Source: Octopus sinensis (lineage: Eukaryota). From it: a stretch of DNA of 64,000 nt. The notes below the pieces were generated by a model, which was not told where the DNA came from, did not search any database, and saw only the letters and a program-made list of their open reading frames with translations. The translations under genes and the position numbers were made by a program. Numbering within the stretch: position 1 is the first letter of the stretch; each line of letters begins with the position of its first letter. Where the stretch lies: the NCBI RefSeq assembly GCF_006345805.1, contig NC_043002.1:28086001-28150000 (forward strand), written 5' to 3'. This document shows positions 51,640-64,000 of the stretch, in pieces.

Positions 51640-54200
51640 TTCGCAGACCGAACCCAAATGAAATTAAGGACAATACTTTCGACTTCTGCTGTAAATTACG
51701 CCTCACAGAAGCTCTTTTCAACTATACCAGTGAAGATGACTCAATAGTGAAAAACAAAAGTGAGTACCTTCCTACAAAAGGTAGAAATAAAGCACTCGAT
51801 GTTTTCTGTGATCACATAACTTGTTTTCCTTACAATACCATCCCAAAACAACATATCAAATCCAACCTTAATTTAAACGAATGGAAAGACCTTGTCGAGC
51901 TAAAAAATGACATAAACCTCACTATTAAAGAAGCCGACAAAGGAAGTGTGGTAGTATTAATGGATACAGAGTACTACAAAAATTTAATACTTCCCATGTT
52001 GGAAAATAACACTTACTGTGAAAAACTAACATATTACAACCCACAGAAGACACTGAAAAATTTATCCTCCCTACTCCAAACTCATGGAAAGGGTCTTACA
52101 ACACATGAAATTGACTATCTATCCAATTTCAAATACAGTCCCAGTCTATTCTACGGATTACCCAAGATACATAAAAATCCACTCATTTGTGAAGCCTGCA
52201 AAGTCTCTACAAGCCTATGCATTAATGTCCCTCCACCTACTGACCTCAAACTCAGACCCATCATAGCTGGCCCTTCCTGCGAAACCCACCGTTTGAGTAA
52301 CTTTCTTGACATATTACTCAAACCTCTTTTAAAATATGTGAAAAGCTATATCAGGGATGACCTAAACATGCTGAACCACCTCCCGAAGACAGTAAAGGAC
52401 GGAACTCTACTGGTGTCTTTCGATGTGGTGAATCTATACACTAATATCCCACACGACTATGGTATAGAAGCAATCACATTTTGGCTAGAAAAGCACCCAG
52501 AAGAGATCCCAGGACGAATTAACCACAATTTTATAATTGAAGCACTGAAATTCGTCCTGTTGAACAATCATTTCTTGTTCGATACTAATTACTATCGACA
52601 GAATGCGGAATTGCAATGGGGACCAGAGCTGCTCCAGCTATTGCAAACCTCGTAATGGGTTACCACGAACTTAAGTTATAACAATCATCACTAGAAAAAT
52701 ATGGCGCCTCTTTCAATTACTACTTAAAGGAGAACTGGAAGAGATATTTAGATGATTGCTTCATACTTTGGCAAGATAGCATGGATCAACTCCTTGATTT
52801 TAAAAGAATGCTCAACAACATACACAGCAATATACAATTCACTATGGAACACAACCGTAAGCAACTACCTTTTCTCGACATCTTAATTAGAATAGTTAAC
52901 AACCACATAGAAACAGACATCTTTTATAAACCCACAGACTCTAAACAATAGCTATTATTTAACTCCTGCCACCCCAAACACATAAAAATCAACATACTCT
53001 TTAACCTAGCAAAAAGAATCTGCACCATAGTTTCCGATACATACACTCATGAACATAGACTCCTTGAACTTAGATCTACACTAACTAAAAGACACTGCCC
53101 AATCTCATTAGTAAATGAAGGCATCAAAAGAGCTAAGGGAATAGATATACAAAGACTAAGGAAAACTAGCCGAAATACTAAACAAGACTTAAAAATACTC
53201 CCGTACATCTCCACACATAACCCCAGAAATAACGAAGCCTTCAACATTATCACCCAAAACCTCCCCATCCTCACAGCAGACAAAACAATGAGCGAAATTT
53301 TAAACTCATATAAAATTATAAAAAGCAAAAAGCAACCGAAGTCACTGAAAAGAATACTAACCAGCGCTAGACTTTACCCATTAATTACTGAGCCAAAAGT
53401 GACAAAATGTAGACTTTCCAACTGTGGAACATGCCCCCACCTTCTGGAGGGTTCAGAATTCCAATTCAAACAAGGAGAAATATTTAAGATCAAATCAAAT
53501 TTCACCTGCGCCTTGGCAAATGTAATCTATGTCATGACATGCATAGGATGCGGTAAACTCTATATTAAACACACAGGAATTTCGCTCCGTCAAAGAATCA
53601 CCATTCACAAAGAGCAAATCCGCCACCCACAATACAGACAGTTAAAGGTGAGTAAACACATGGAAAGATGTGCCAGGAATCGTAATCCCAACTTCCAAAT
53701 ATTTCCATTTTACCAATGCTCACAGAACACCACAATGCAACAAAGGTTGAATAAAGAGTCATTTTTCATCAACAAATTTCTCCCCCAACTAAATATGAAT
53801 GCACAACTCAATACAGAACACCACTAACTCTTCAATTTAAACCACTAAACCCTATTCACTTTCTACATCACTCACATTTCTAATTCCTGAACTACTTACC
53901 TCCCTTACAAATAATCTTTTCTCTCAGGAACTATTAGACCTGACACCGTCTACTAATCGGTGTTATTCAAACAATGAACAGCTAACGCGAAAACCAATTG
54001 GTTCGTTTCAGTCCCTTACCTTATTATCATTATTATTAACTTCTTATAATCATCAATAATAATGACCTTTTTGACTCTTAATACTCTAAATGTATATTTT
54101 TGTCGCTACCTACCATAAATAGTCTTTTTATATCTACGATATGCATTTTCGTTGACTTTTCTTATTTTACCCTTACACTTCCACGTGTATTTTATATTTT
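51640..54200 (+). mobile_element. Near-complete Neptune-type Penelope-like element (RT, Cys linker, GIY-YIG, 3' pLTR)
   Basis: ORF 51747-52655 (EADKG, YGLPKIHK, LRPII, SFDVVNLYTNIP). After a frameshift at ~52605 it reads AMGTRAAP, KRYLDD, KCRLSNCGTC, NVIYVMTCIGC..YI..T..RQR. In-frame stops at 52679 and 52949. A degenerate HHR lies at 53969-54009. Confidence 0.95.
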
Positions 54201-54240
54201 TTTTCAAAACATATTTCTACTATATATATATATATATATA

Positions 54241-54442
54241 TAGTGGTTAGGGCAGCGGACTCGCGGTCGCAGGATCGCGGTTTCGATTCCCAGACCGGGC
54301 GTTGTGAGTGTTTATTGAGCGAAAACACCTAAAAAAGCTCCACGTGGCTCCGGCAGGGGGTGGTGATCCCTGCTGTACTCTTTCACCACTCTTTCTCCCA
54401 CTCTTTCTTCTGTTGGCCTGCTCGCTTAGCCAGCGGGGTGGC
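54241..54442 (+). mobile_element. tRNA-derived SINE family C (truncated)
   Basis: tagtggttagggcagcggac..ggtttcgattccc B box; same family as 62425. Confidence 0.8.
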
Positions 54443-55908
54443 GATATATATATATATATTATATATATATATATATATGCATTCATATATATATATATAT
54501 ATATGTATTACATGATTGATAGGAAAGACGGACTGTAACTAGAAACTTTATTTAGCACAAAAATCACTTCGGTTGTGCTCAGTCTTCTGTGTCAATCATT
54601 TTAAATATCCCCAACTTTCACCCAGGAATTCTTTACGTACAATCAGCGAAAGCACTGTACCGCGGATGACGTCTGGTAATCATAAGTGGTGAATGTTTTC
54701 TGCAGGAACACTACCATGGTTTGGATGCCGCATTTTAATGTCTCCTATCTAGACCTAAATTTTAAATTTCAAATTTATTTATATATATATATTAACAATT
54801 TACAGAAAAACAAAAGACGAAGACAGGTGTATAAACAATAAGCAGGTGTATTAGTTTCACGCTCGGGAAAGTGAGAAAGTATTTTACGTTTTGAACATAC
54901 GCTCTTATATATATATATATATATATATATACACGCACACACATACATGCATACACGTTATCCAATAAGGCGCTATCATCTACAATATACTATATATTTG
55001 AGTTATGAATATACAGTCATATAGTATTATTTTATTTATAATTTGCAATAAGTGATGAGTTCACACAAATGTATAATTACTCACAAATGCGTACGCTTAT
55101 ATACAAACATATATATTAGTGTATATGTGTGCAGATATATGAGTATGTATGACTTCAATTTCATGGATAACCACTTATTCTCTCTCATACAGATATATGC
55201 ATCGAAAATGCGCATAATACGTATACAAGTGTGAATGCCTCTTCATTCTTATTCAAACATACAATTTCCATTCACACCAACAGTCACATACGGATACGTA
55301 CACTTACATAAACGCATAGATACATACAGAGGCAGGTGCAGATATACACATATAGACTGACGCAGGCGTAGACACACGTATTTCCCACACACACCACAAG
55401 GCAATCCACTAACGAAAGCCAGATGTCTTCATGCCTTCTTAATGCAATGGTAAATTAATTCCCTAAGTTTGATCCTGTGTTATATCGAGGTATGGAACAC
55501 TCAACGGCAACACGATCACAGCGACCACTGCTGAGTGTACTAATGCTATAGCCACTATCACTGTCGTTTCTACTTCTATAAACACTGCTACGTACATCAA
55601 ACGTTACTGTTATCTCTAACAGCCACAACTGCTACTACTGCTACATTCTATAGTGAAATAACTTTCTTACGTAGAACACCAGTCATTTTGAAAAAAACTA
55701 GTAGATACCATCGACACCAGTACTGGACTGGTATTTTATTTATGGCTTCCCGAAAAGCTGTAAAGCTGTATAGCAAAGTTAACCTAAGCGATAATTGAAC
55801 CCAAAATGCAAATACAAGACATATTTTCGACGTTCTCACAACATTGCGAACATTCTGCTCTTGTGTAGTGAAATTGTCATATATATACAGTAAAACATAG
55901 TAAAACAT

Positions 55909-56292
55909 AGAGGCATGGCGATGTGGTAAGAAGCTTACTTCCCAACCACATGGTTCTGGGTTCAGTCCCACTGTGTGGCACTTTGGGCAAGTGTTTTCTA
56001 TTAATGCCTCGGGCTCACCAAACCCTTGGGAGTGGATTTGGTAGACAGAAACTGAAAGAAGCCTGTCATATATATATATATATATATATATATGTTTGTA
56101 TGTCTGTGTTTGACCCCTCCCCAACAGATGTTAGTGTTTTTATGTCCCTGTAACTTAGCGGTTCGGCAAAAGAGACCAATAGGATAAGTACTTAGCTTAC
56201 AAGGAATAAGTCCTCGGGTTGATTTGTGCGACTAAAGGCGGTGCTTCAGCAAGGCCGCAGTCAAATGATTGAAACTGAAACAAGTAAATGAA
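55909..56292 (+). mobile_element. SINE family A, full length
   Basis: Reverse complement homologue of 41750-42121. Confidence 0.9.
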
Positions 56293-56293
56293 T

Positions 56294-56333
<40 letters not shown>

Positions 56334-56739
56334 GAAACTAAGGATATGCGTATGTGTTAGTAAAGGAGAAAATAAAACTGTTAACGTTCTTGGCCCTCCA
56401 CCTACACCCCTACTGGACTCCTACTCATGAGCAAGTTCTAGTCACTCTACATTTTTTATTTACTTATAGCGCTTTTACTCTAAGGAGGCCTGGCCATTTT
56501 AGTTCATGCATAATTCTGGGCTTCATCTGGATGCCACTGCAAAATTTGGTGAAGATTCGTTGCGAAATGGCGATGTTATTGTAAGACATGTAGACAGGCA
56601 TTATTGCTTATATGAACGTGCATGCCTACTTACTTACATACATACGTGTTTTTCTGTAAATTTCAATTATATATATATATATATGAGAAATTTAAAAAGG
56701 AAAATACGCACACTTATATAGTTTTCATATAATTTTTAA

Positions 56740-58570
56740 TATATCGAACGGTTTCGCTATTGCTATTCATATTATGTTTTACTTATTTAAATGTGTAATT
56801 TTTCTTAAGAAGAAATTTTGTCCATCTTGTGTGTGATGAAATTCACGAGAGAATGACGACTTCACAAGTAGATAAATAAATGGAGGTAATGGGTTATCGT
56901 TATTATTATTATTGTTGTGGGTAAAGGAGATAACTGTTCAGCTTTCGGTAATAGGAGGGGAATATATATGTACAAAACAAGTTTCGAAAACCTTGTTTAG
57001 TGAGGGGATTTATGTACAGTGATGTAATCGTGAACTGAAATATGTAAAAAGATAAAAGTTGGTTATGCGTGCATATTGAGACGTGTTCTGTATTTTTCAA
57101 TGAAAAAAGTTTCTTTATTTAAACGTTCTTGTGGAGAGATTGTGTCTTTGCACTGGTAGAAGGGGAAGGTTGTGAAATTTGGTTTGATGTTATCTGCACA
57201 TTTTTCTATATGTTCACTGAGAGGAATTTGCCTGTATTGCGGGAAACGGATTTACTCTTTATGTAGAGTGGTTCTCTTTCTCAAAGTCATACTCGTTTGT
57301 CCAATATAGTTGTGTTCGCAACCCGAGCAGGTTATTACATAAATTAGGTTCTCAGAGGCACAAGTGAAACTAGTTTTAATTGTGAACCTCTGTCCTTGTT
57401 TGAAAAGGAAATCTGAGCCTTCAAGTAGGTTGGTGCAGGTTCCACAGTTTGATCGTCTACATTTTTCAGCCGTTGGTTTCGTGGTTGTTTTGTAAAGCTT
57501 CGCATTTAGCGATTTGTCTTGTTTTTTGCATTTGATGAGTTTGTGTGTTTTCAGGATGTCGTTCATTTTTGGATCTCTAGTTAGTAAAGGAAGAGTTTGC
57601 AAAATAGTGTTGAATGCCTCACAGTTTCTGGGGTTGTGTGTTGATATAAATAGTAATGTTTTGAGTTGAGGTGTGGTGTTATGTTTTGTTGTTCTTAGTG
57701 TTTTTGCGTCTAATTGTTTGGCACGTTTCATTCCCTCGTCGATAAGTAAGGGTGGATATTGTCTTTCAATAAGCGTTGTTTTGAGGTCTTGAAGACGAAG
57801 GTCCCGAGTTGCTCTACCAGACACTATTGCGCAAATCCTTTTTGCCAAATTGAAAGGGATGTTTATTTTGATGTGTTTCGGGTGGCATGAGTTAAAGAGA
57901 AGATATTGTTTTGAATCAGTTGATTTATAATAAATGTCAGTTATGATTTCATTGTTAACTTTTTTTATCATGATGTCTAAAAATGGGAGTTGTTCTTTGT
58001 AATATTCCATTGTGAATTGAATGTTACTATTTATATCATTTATTGTTGATTTGAAGTCCAAACGTTTGTCGATGTTCTCCTTCCAAATAATAAAACAGTC
58101 ATCTAGGTATCTCTTCCAATTTTCTCTTATGTAGAGGTATAACGGGTAACCATATTTCTGAAGGGGAATTATAAGGGGAATTCAAAATAACCCATTATTA
58201 GGTTCGCAAGAACAGGAGCTGCTTTCGTTCCCATCGCAATTCCGTATTTCCGACGATAATATGTGTCATCAAATAGGAAATAATTGTTCTGAAGTATAAA
58301 TTTTAATGGTTCAATAATAAAGACCTGGTTTATGCGTTCCGGGAGTACTTCGGGGTACTTTTCCAACCAGAATTTAACTGCTTTTATTCCACAGTCATGG
58401 GGGATGTTGGTGTAAAGATTGATAACATCGAGGGTAACCAATATTGCCTCTTCATTAATTGTTTTTGGTAGATGTTCTAGCATGTCTAAATCATCTCTAA
58501 TGAAACTTTTGATGTATTTCAGCAAGGGTTTCAGTAGGATGTCTAGAAAATTGCTTAGGCGGTGGGTTAC
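56740..58570 (-). mobile_element. Neptune-type PLE, 5'-truncated, related to the 51640 copy
   Basis: THRLSNFLDILLKPLLKYIKSFIRDDL, GIAMGTKAAP, KRYLDD, KCRRSNCGTC, NLIYVITCSGCEHNYIGQT; ORFs 58169-58648 and 57252-58061. Confidence 0.92.
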
Positions 58571-58929
58571 AAAAATCAATATATTAGCCAAAGCAAAAAT
58601 TAATATACTATAACAATAAACTATAACAAAAGTCAATATACTAGCCAAAGGTTTTTACTGTTCCATTCACAGATTGTGCGAATTGTATGAATTATCTAGT
58701 CGATTTCTTTTTCTGAAAATTCCAGCTTATCCAGATTCTCCGATAACTAACAAACCTAGTGCTCCAATTATTATTGGTATGAATGTGAATTCATAGTGAG
58801 GATATAGAAACTGGAGGTTCCGAAGCAGATATCCTCTTTTTCATTGATTTGCAAAGAGATATTCATATCTGCAGGGCAGCTGACTTCTGTGATAGTACAT
58901 ACCTTTGCCCGTGTGTATGTATGTATGTA

Positions 58930-59400
58930 TGTTATGTCAGGTCACTTTCGAGTGCTACTGGTAACATGTAACCCAGTACAACCTGTTGCATGGTCAGGTC
59001 GTCGGCGACTAAACTGGCAAACCCACCAAGCTTGCTTGGTGAGGAGGGTGTTTATCGGACACCCTGCGGGATGAAAAACAAAACCAGTCAAAGAGCAGAT
59101 GAACTTTTGAGAGTCAAAGGCCATCAAATAAATATCTTAAGGCTGTATCATGCGCGGGGACATAGAAATAATCGGACTGAATACCCGATCGCGCGGTTAA
59201 ACCATTGGGAGTGAAGGACTCCTAGCCTTTGTTAGGGTATCCTTCTAAGAGAAGGTAACTCAGGTAACTGGAATAACTCCGACATAAAACCTGCCGCTCA
59301 GTGGTTACCGATGATGTTGATTTGTTCTTCTTTTCAGATTATGGCTGCTGTTGCTTAGTGAGTGGGATTGACTCTGTGCACAGCCTTTCCTCACTTAAAA
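58930..59400 (+). mobile_element. Non-coding retroelement-like insert (RTE 5'UTR-like motif), unclassified
   Basis: GC-richer block after (TATG)n containing ccttctaagagaaggtaactc..aaaacc and ending near a poly(A) run. The assignment rests on motif resemblance only. Confidence 0.35.
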
Positions 59401-60184
59401 AAAAATCTTCTTGCACAGGTTTTGCACGATAACAACATTGATTAAGCTTCGTGCAAACTTGATAATGAGGGGGAAGCCACCATGCATGCATGCATGTATG
59501 TATGTATGTATGTATGTATGTATGTATGTATGTATGTATGTATGTATACGTATATATTGCTTCTGGTACTTAACAGAAAATATTTTTATCCAGTTACATT
59601 TTTATTATGCTCCATCCATCTTTTGAATGAGCTGTATATGGAATATACCTTATTACCTTTTATATTAATATTCGGTGTCCATTAAAAGTCCGTTATTTTG
59701 AAAACCTATAATCTCTATATTGAATTTTTGAAGTATATCTTGATATGCACACACACATACACACACGCACAAACTTGCCTGCGCACACATACGAACTAAA
59801 TACTAAGTAAAAACGTCTATATATATGCATTCTTATGACCGCACACACGCACACATCTAAAACTGCCCACTCATACATATTTCCACACGTGTACAAATGA
59901 ATCTATATACACGTCTATATAGGCACAGGAAAAAATGCAGGATAGAAGAGTACAGAAAAAAATTATTATGTGTGAAAAAATATAAAAATATATGAAATAA
60001 TAAAAGGTATAATGAGATAAAAAAAACTTTTTGGGACATAATATAGAAAGCAAGTTCTATCTGTTTTCTTTAGGGGACCAAAATCGTAACAAAAATGTTG
60101 TCACATATGGGCATGATCCGAAAAGTTCTGTCCTTGAGTTTAGACATGTAGTAGGGTCTAAGCTGCTTTTCTAGATAAACCATC

Positions 60185-60430
60185 TCTCCATGTCGCACTT
60201 TCCGCTGCCGTTGGTGTAGGGCTTACATTTGGCCAAAATCTTCCAAAGGATGTTATAATCGACATCTTTAACTTTTAAAGACCAAATATGATTAGATAAT
60301 TTTGTCGCTTTTCTTTTGTTCCAGTGCCTAAAACTCAAGATGTGGTTATTGAACCTGGTCTTGAAATTACCCTCTGTAAGGCCCACGTATTTCTTCGTCG
60401 AAACGGTGTCTTTAGTGGTTATAGAGTCCA
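60185..60430 (-). mobile_element. Penelope/Poseidon-type GIY-YIG fragment
   Basis: KKYVGLTEGNFKTRFNNHILSF..ATKLSNHIWSLK..WKIL..PY..GKCD. Confidence 0.85.
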
Positions 60431-60526
60431 CTCATTTTGGTGGGAGGGATGAATTAATATGTAAAACTCAAAAGCTAAGGTAGTGAGATGAAATAAATTA
60501 TCTCTGAAAATACATCATACATGTAA

Positions 60527-60557
<31 letters not shown>

Positions 60558-60596
60558 GTGTGTGCATGTATGTATATATATAAACCTACTTGGAAA

Positions 60597-60641
<45 letters not shown>

Positions 60642-60903
60642 AGTAAAAGAGTATTGTGTTTGTCGACCGGTTTCGCGTTCGCTAATCATGACATTGAAAT
60701 TATTGTAATTTCGTATTTTCTTCCGATTTTAGCCCATCTATGTACGGGGATTTGTGAATGAATGGGAGATAAATGGTGATCATTATTATTTGGGACAGGG
60801 GATGTAATTGCCCATTTTGGTGGGAGGGATGAATTAATTAAAACTCAAAAGCTAAGGTAGTGAGATGAAATAAATTATCTCTGAAAATACATCATACATG
60901 TAA

Positions 60904-60950
<47 letters not shown>
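60430..60950. repeat. About 125-bp direct repeat (60432-60556 and 60812-60935) flanking a pLTR relic
   Basis: cattttggtgggagggatgaattaat..aaactcaaaagctaaggtagtgagatg..catgtaaatatata occurs twice. Confidence 0.85.
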
Positions 60951-60958
<8 letters not shown>

Positions 60959-62184
60959 GTGTGTGCATGTATGTATGTATGTATACAGAGAGAGAGGGGG
61001 ATACATAAATACATAAATATGCATATATATATATTTTTATATATATGTATGTATGTATGTATATACATACATAGATACATACAAACGTAATACATACATA
61101 CATACATACATACATGCATGCATGCATATATGTGTGTGTGTGGACAATATTTCTTTTCGTTTTCCTTCTTCATCTCCTTCTTCCGTCTCTCTCCTCTGAA
61201 ATTTCGCAAAGACATTCACTAATCTATGGTTTTTCTTAAGTTACTTTCCTGAATTATGATATTTGCATCTCCATTAGTTAACGCTAATATCCTACTAGTT
61301 CCGCAATAATTGGCGCACTTGAATCAAGATGAATGAAGTAAATGAATAAGTAAAGCTAGAATTTATTAACCGTGTCACTTCACTTGTACTAAACAATTTA
61401 ACACAATAATTTGTTTTTTTTTAAAGCAACGCTGGTAGCTGTCTTAGAACATATTTTGTTAGGATCAAAGATCATGCATGGCGCTTGCTATCTGCTGGTA
61501 CACAAGCATGGTTTGCCTGAACCAATCTTTGCGAGTGAAGTCGCAGAAACATCTTTAAATATTTCTTAATTTATAACCTCATTTTGCTATCTACCTCTCA
61601 TGATTAATAGTTGGTAGTCCTTGCCACTTTACATTTCTTAAATGTTGGTAATTCGCATAAGACATATCAACTGTTGATAATCTGTTTATTAATCAACATG
61701 TTGCTCTCCCTCGTTTTCTTTTTTGTTCATTTTCATTTTTGATAAATTTGAATATTTGAGAGTTGCGTAAGTTATTACGTAATCTTATGGATGTTGTGAG
61801 TAGATCCATAACATAGCTGTCTGTACTATGTTGACATCACAATAAAAACTTATAACCAAAGAATTGAAGCAGTACAAGATAATCCGCCGACTTGAATAAC
61901 TTTTAGTCGAATGTATCCATGCAAAATATACAACTCAAAGACAAAGTAAAACTCAATCATACAGCATATTAGGCTAACGCTCACGATTTGGAAACAAGAA
62001 GTAAATGTCTTCTACGTTTGGAATATTCAGCCTTCTTCTGGGAAAAAGGATAGGCAAGGAAAGAAAAAAACAAAGATGGTGGAGGAAATGTACACAAATA
62101 GAAACGCACGCGTCTCCAGCTGTCAACCGAGCTAAAATTGAAATATAAAAACCATTCATTTTATTATCTAATTACACACACACA

Positions 62185-62275
<91 letters not shown>

Positions 62276-62368
62276 ATATATATACATACACATATATATA
62301 TACATATACATATATATACATATATATATATATACATATATATATCGTACAGATATGTTGCATATACA

Positions 62369-62399
<31 letters not shown>

Positions 62400-62424
62400 C
62401 TGTGTGTGTGTGAGAGAGAGAGTA

Positions 62425-62780
62425 TCGTGGAGGAGCAATGGCCCAGTGGTTATGGCAGCGGTCTCGCGGCCGTAGGATCGCTTTTCGATTCTCAGACCGG
62501 GCGTTGTGAGTGTTTATTGAGTGAAAACACCTAAAGCTCCACGAACTCCGGCAGAGGGTGGTGGCGACTTCCACTGTATTCTTTCACCACAACTTGCTGT
62601 CACTCTTTCTTCCTGCTTCTGTTGTACCTCTGTTTCATAGAGCCAGCCTTGTCACTCTCTGTGTCACGCTGAATCTCCCCGCGAACTACGTTAAGGGTAC
62701 GAGTACGTTAATTTCACGAGTAGGCTGTTCCGTTGATCGGATCAACTGGAACCCTCGTCGTTGTAACCGACGGAGTGCTA
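62425..62780 (+). mobile_element. tRNA-derived SINE family C, near full length
   Basis: ggaggagcaatggcccagtggtt head; body shared with 54241; ends ..gtaaccgacggagtgctacga(ta)n. Confidence 0.85.
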
Positions 62781-64000
62781 CGATATATATATATATATAT
62801 ATAATATATATATATATATACACATGTGTGTATATATACATATATATATGTGTGTGTGTGTATATATATATATACACACACACTACTTATATGAACACAC
62901 GCGTGCGTACGTGTGCATGCGTATATATATATGTACCATACGTGTATATGTATTAACTATACGTTTTATCATAATTAACTTCTCTTTCGCCTATTCGTTA
63001 TAAGTTTTCGACCATCGTCTGTAAAGCATCTGCCGCATACATTCACGTGCACCCATGTACAATCAAATACTAACACATAGAGACAACAGAGAGGGGAGGG
63101 GGAGAGAGAGACTCATAGGCACACACGTACACACGAATATTACAGATGGCATCTGACTGATAAACATACAAATAGATAAGTGAATGCATGCATACATGCC
63201 TACTTATTTTCTTTTCTTCTCTTGTGTATCGGTTAAAGCCAGCAGCCAAATTGCAAAACATAAAATATAAAACGTGTAACACAGAAACAAAGCGAAAACA
63301 AAGAGAAATTTTTGCCTGTTTTTCGTTTGTAGATTTGTGTGATATCTCGACATCAAATAACTTATACATACACAAACGTGTACATATACACACGCACAAA
63401 CACACATGCATATAGGGCCACATACACGCATTTATACACATACATATGGATGTGCGTGAATGTGTGTGCGCGTTGCTTGTGTGTGTGTACACTTATGCGC
63501 AAAGGCATATGATTGTGCTTCTATCTCTTCAAAGTTTCACCGTTTCAAAGAAAATTCACGCCTTTCTATTTATTTATCTTCGCCCCTTTCTTTGTTTTAT
63601 TCCAGTCTTTTTTCTTTTAATGTATATATGTGTGTGTGCGTGTGTGATTGTATGTATTCGTGCGTATGAGCATGTATACCTATCTATAGATACGTATATT
63701 AATTGATAGATAAATATATATGTTTATGCATACATAAAAAGTATATATGTCTGAGTACATGTATATATCAACTTCTATGAAAACATGTATATATACCTGA
63801 ATAGATACACATGTGTATGTGTCTGCGTATCTGTGTGCGTATGTGTGTGTGTGTGCGTGCGTGTGTGTGTGTAAGCTAGCCTGCAAAAGACTGCATCAGG
63901 AACCAGATATTAAGTCAGGTGCTGTCCAAAGACATTCACCATTGTTCTGCTTCCTTTGAAGACAACTTATGGTTTCTATTGCTGACCGACTCAACTAAGG

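Noticed and set aside
58575-58648. N-terminal extension of ORF 58169-58648
   Set aside because: It is non-homologous AT-rich flank read in frame by chance; PLE homology starts at THRLSNF.

Overview
This is AT-rich, microsatellite-dense eukaryotic repetitive DNA. The (TA)n/(TAA)n/(CA)n/(GATA)n load and the tRNA-derived SINE families suggest a coleoid cephalopod, probably Octopus (inference, not database-checked). I could not support any host protein-coding gene, and most ORFs in the track are microsatellite translations. The window is a graveyard of mobile elements: at least 7 fragments of R4/Dong-like restriction-endonuclease LINEs, most of whose preserved 3' ends run into (TAA)n arrays; at least 7 Penelope-like element (PLE) pieces, including a near-intact Neptune-type RT+GIY-YIG copy at 51.6-54.2 kb; a full-length TA-flanked mariner (23761-25051) and three more Tc1/mariner relics; Tx1/L1-like ORF1 and APE fragments; an RTE 3' end; an internally deleted Gypsy relic; and many SINEs. 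The most striking signal is a set of type I hammerhead ribozymes (HHRs) with palindromic stem III. Two sit in non-coding, tandem-plus-inverted, (TA)n-embedded repeats: a very young 360-nt monomer at 27422-28326, which includes a circularly permuted copy and a rod-like predicted fold, and a 500-nt monomer at 50703-51522. These look like retrozyme-type (circular-RNA-derived) elements that may be mobilised by PLEs.
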